Positions 13,554-16,622 of a stretch of 16,622 bases of DNA are shown piece by piece. The position numbers and the translations under genes are program-made. Under the pieces are notes generated by a model that saw only the letters and a program-made list of their open reading frames with translations, was not told the origin of the DNA and did no database searches. Positions within the stretch are counted from its first letter, which is position 1. Every line of letters begins with the position of its first letter. Location: positions 1 to 16,622 of the forward strand of contig JANLSU010000127.1 in the NCBI GenBank assembly GCA_031362565.1, given 5' to 3'. Source of the DNA: a bacterium (lineage in GTDB: Bacteria > Krumholzibacteriota > Krumholzibacteriia > G020349025).

Positions 13554-15545
13554 CTAGGAGCGCGCTTCGGCGCTCCGCGCCTTGCCATCGCTCGAACGCC
13601 CACGCGCCGCCAAACTCGTATCCGCGAATGTCGCCACCTCGATGACTTGCTCGAGCGGCTGCTCGAGGCGCGGATCCTGGTGGCTGCGGACGACGATTTC
13701 CTTCGCGAAGAGAAGTGCCAAGTAGCGCAGCTTGAGCGCCGGGCGTTCGGCGACGGACATGTAGTCGCGGTGCCCGGAGTTCACCTGCCAGCGGCCCTCC
13801 TGCATCCGCGACCGCCAGGCCGCGCCCGGTTGGCTCACGAACTCGGGCTCCGGAATGCCTTCGGCGGGTTTCGCATCGTGGATCTCTGCGAGGACGGCGA
13901 CCGGAACGGTTGCTTCCACCGTACGCCCGGCCACGAAAGCCACGACTGTAATGCTTCCCGTCGCGGGCACTGAGGCTGCCTGCAAGACGCAATCGCTCCG
14001 GCCGGCGACGCCGATCAAGTCGACACGAGCGAGGACACCAATGCTGCCTTCCAGGCGCCACTCGAAGTCCACTGCGCCATCGAGCCCGCGTCCCGTTTCA
14101 TCAACTGCAACGGCGCGCAGACGCTTCGGCGCGTCGCACTCGACGCGTACGCGCGCCGGCGCGATGCGCACCGCGGCGAGTGGTCCCGGCGGCAACAACG
14201 GCGCGAGCGGTGGTTCCGGCACGATCGCATCGAGTTCGGCCGCTTCGCGCTCGGCGGCGGCCGCGGCCGCCGCTTCGGCGTTGGCGTTGACGGCTCCGGC
14301 TGTGCGGCCGGTCCCGCTCCCATCGGGGGCGGGCCCCGCCGGTGCATCCTTGGGTTCATGTACGGGCAACATCGCGTAGCGCGGGCGCTGCCGGTAGAAA
14401 TCGCGAAAGGCGCGCTGCAGGTCGCGGATCAGCGTGCGGTCGAGTTTCTCGGCCTTGCGGCGTTCGAGATTCTGGAGCAGTGTCACGAGCGCGGGTTCGA
14501 GAGTCGCCAACGCTGTCGCGAATGCCGCCCCCGCTTCGTCGACGATGACGCCACGGCGGCTTCCAGGCGCCACATGGAATCCAGAGAAGTCGATCATTCC
14601 CGTCAATCGCGCGTCGGTCCAAGGTTCGCGGTCGAGTTCCAGTGCGCCGAGCGATTGGAACGAGTCCGCGACGAGTGTGCCGGTCGAGTAGAGCCCAAGG
14701 CTCGCTGCCTTTTCATTTTCGTTCTCACCATTGGCGAGATAGATCTCGATGCGCATGGCGGCGTATCCCGGCACGTTGACATACTCCGGCAACGGGATGC
14801 GCTCGCCGAGAAACCGTTGCGGCCGCACTTGAATCGCCTTGGGTGCCGTGCCGCGCGACATGCGATCCTCGACGACGAGATCGACCTCGCGCCCGAGAAG
14901 CTGTCCGCGCAGTTCACCCGCCAGATAGTCCGCGGCGCGCCGGCCGGCGAGTGCCGCTTGTGCCTCTTTGTGCAACCCGACGACAACGACTTCCGTCCAA
15001 CGCTCGTCGAGTTGCAAGCGGCCGCGCAGAGGCTCGATGTCGAAATGCGGCTCGTCGCGGCGCAGGATGAGGCGCTGCGCCTTTTGTCCCGGCATTGAGC
15101 TGCGGATCTCGAGACGGTGTCCGAGACTCCAGAAACCGAGGAGCCCAATGCCATATTGCCCTTGTGTCATGAGCGCCAACCGCTCCTGAGGCGATAGCGC
15201 GCGTTTGCGACTGTGTCCGATATGGGTCGCAATGTATTCGAGCGCCTTGGCGCGCTCCATCTCGGGGATGACGCCACCACCATCGTCATGAATGCGCAAA
15301 CACGGCACGCCTTTTTCGCGCACCCGTGTCACCCGTACCCGCTGCGCTCCGGCATCGAGGCTGTTCTGCACCAGCTCGGCCAACGCCTTGCGTGGGTCCG
15401 GCTGGCTCATCGCCAGCCAGCGAATCAGCTCGAACGGATCGTGCGGCTTGACACGGCCGCGAACGGCATCGGGCGCTTTGCGCCGCCGCCGCTGTTTCGG
15501 CGGCGTATCGCCCTCGGGGGAGGGTTCAGAGAAGAGACTCGCCAT
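13554..15545 (-). CDS. GHKL (HATPase_c_3, MORC/Hsp90-like) ATPase with a C-terminal Ig-like segment, 663 aa
   Basis: ALAELVQNSLDA (motif I), DDGGG (motif II) and GQYGIG (motif III); Pro/Ala linker, then beta-rich VRIAPARVRV...LRAVAVDETGR...FEWRL. Confidence 0.88.
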   Translation of the reverse strand: MASLFSEPSPEGDTPPKQRRRRKAPDAVRGRVKPHDPFELIRWLAMSQPDPRKALAELVQNSLDAGAQRVRVTRVREKGVPCLRIHDDGGGVIPEMERAKALEYIATHIGHSRKRALSPQERLALMTQGQYGIGLLGFWSLGHRLEIRSSMPGQKAQRLILRRDEPHFDIEPLRGRLQLDERWTEVVVVGLHKEAQAALAGRRAADYLAGELRGQLLGREVDLVVEDRMSRGTAPKAIQVRPQRFLGERIPLPEYVNVPGYAAMRIEIYLANGENENEKAASLGLYSTGTLVADSFQSLGALELDREPWTDARLTGMIDFSGFHVAPGSRRGVIVDEAGAAFATALATLEPALVTLLQNLERRKAEKLDRTLIRDLQRAFRDFYRQRPRYAMLPVHEPKDAPAGPAPDGSGTGRTAGAVNANAEAAAAAAAEREAAELDAIVPEPPLAPLLPPGPLAAVRIAPARVRVECDAPKRLRAVAVDETGRGLDGAVDFEWRLEGSIGVLARVDLIGVAGRSDCVLQAASVPATGSITVVAFVAGRTVEATVPVAVLAEIHDAKPAEGIPEPEFVSQPGAAWRSRMQEGRWQVNSGHRDYMSVAERPALKLRYLALLFAKEIVVRSHQDPRLEQPLEQVIEVATFADTSLAARGRSSDGKARSAEARS

Positions 15546-15551
15546 GCGTCG

Positions 15552-15560
15552 ACAATATCA
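15552..15560 (-). promoter_or_regulatory. Extended -10 element, probably leaderless ATPase transcript
   Basis: TGA-TATTGT on the minus strand, 6 nt before ATG 15545; no RBS. Confidence 0.5.
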
Positions 15561-15718
15561 TCGACCTGCGGATTCGCGCGAGGGGCTTGGTCTTCGAGTT
15601 TTGACGCCATTTTAATGCCCCCGGGCCGTAGCGTCGGTCGTTCGGTATCCGCTGGCCTTCGCTCCCGTGCCGTATCGGAGGGGTCTGTCGGCGCCTGGCT
15701 GTGCTGGCGCCCCACCGT

Positions 15719-16583
15719 ATGGAGAGCCTCACCGAATTCCTTCGCGGCCACGCCGCGCGTGTCGAGCGTGCGGTGCTCGGGCGGCACAAGAGCCCGCTCG
15801 AACGCGGCATCTTCCATCGTCTGTCGCTCGTCGCGTTCTTCGCCTCTGGGTAGGCTTGGGCGCCGACGGCCTGTCGTCGTCCTGTTACGGACCCGAGGAA
15901 GCCTACCTGGCGCTCGGCGTCCACACCCACCTGGCGCTCTTCATGGCGGTCGCCAGCGCCATCACCGTGGCGGTGATCGCCGCCAGCTACATGCAGATCA
16001 TCGAAAAATTCCCGAACGGCGGCGGCGGATACTTGGTGGCCACCCGGCTTTTGTCGCCGGGCGCGGGATTGGTGAGCGGCTGCGCGCTGGTCGTTGACTA
16101 CATTCTCACGATCGCGGTGTCGATCGCGAGCGGCGTCGACGCTTTGTTGTCCTTTGGATCGCACGCCGCTTGGTCGGCAAGGACTTGCAGAGGGTCGTGT
16201 TTCTGAGCGTCGTCGAGGCGCCGTGGGAGGATACACACAATCAAATCCGCCTTGCCGCGCTGCGTGCCGAGCGTGAACATGAACTGCAGCGCTATCAGTC
16301 GTTGGCGCGCGGGCATGGCCTGGCCGCTGAGTACGAAATCGCGTTGGATGCGGATGTGGCTCGCGGGCTGGAAGCGTTGGCACTGCAGGTCGCGGCGCGG
16401 TATCCCAACGCGGTCTTCGTCGCCGGCCAAGTCGTCTTCCAAAGGCCGAGCGTCACGACCCGGTTCCTGCACAACGAGATCGCCTTTTCCCTCCAGCGCC
16501 GCCTGCTGCCGCGCGGCTCGAACATGATCATCTTGCCGGTGCGTCTGCCCCACGAAGTGTGGCCCGCCAACGCGCCCGAGTGA
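15719..16583 (+). pseudogene. APC-family permease (YdaO/KimA-like) with a frameshift and a large internal deletion
   Basis: HRLSLVAFFA, 2 extra nt near 15845, then WVGLGADGLSSSCYGPEEA...FPNGGGGY...LVVDYILTIAVSIASGVDA. Near 16155 the sequence jumps in another frame to the cytoplasmic C-terminus (VFVAGQVVF...LHNEIAFSLQRRL...IILPVRL). Confidence 0.88.
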
Positions 16584-16622
16584 TCACACATTGCTCGTCA
16601 CTCCGAACGTTTTCTGATGCTA

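Noticed and set aside
13264..16591. Numerous long overlapping alternative-frame ORFs (e.g. 14358-15098, 15213-16097, 15526-16383)
   Set aside because: These Arg/Pro/Ala-rich shadow frames are expected in high-GC DNA and overlap better-supported genes.

Overview
GC-rich bacterial accessory island that is very dense in toxin-antitoxin (TA) genes and gene fragments. No integrase, transposase, tRNA or CRISPR array is visible. Apparently intact modules: a type IV AbiEi-like/AbiEii nucleotidyltransferase pair in a convergent, overlapping layout, BrnT-BrnA, a VapB45-like (HTH-DUF433)/VapC45-like PIN pair, and a DUF6932-like nucleotidyltransferase-XRE pair. The AbiEi-like gene is preceded by two perfect 32 and 34 bp palindromes that bracket a sigma70-like promoter. 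Other intact genes encode a two-HKD phospholipase D-family protein, a DUF488 protein and a GHKL (MORC/Hsp90-like) ATPase. Five antitoxin-type genes (HicB x2, DUF2283, small DUF433, DUF2442) have partner toxins that are internally deleted, split or absent. Further remnants include a BrnA tail, a second AbiEi/NTase pair, a 5'-truncated beta-propeller gene, a collapsed APC permease and a 126 bp partial gene duplication. At least two junctions appear to lie at short microhomologies. Family assignments come from recognising motifs by eye, not from database searches.
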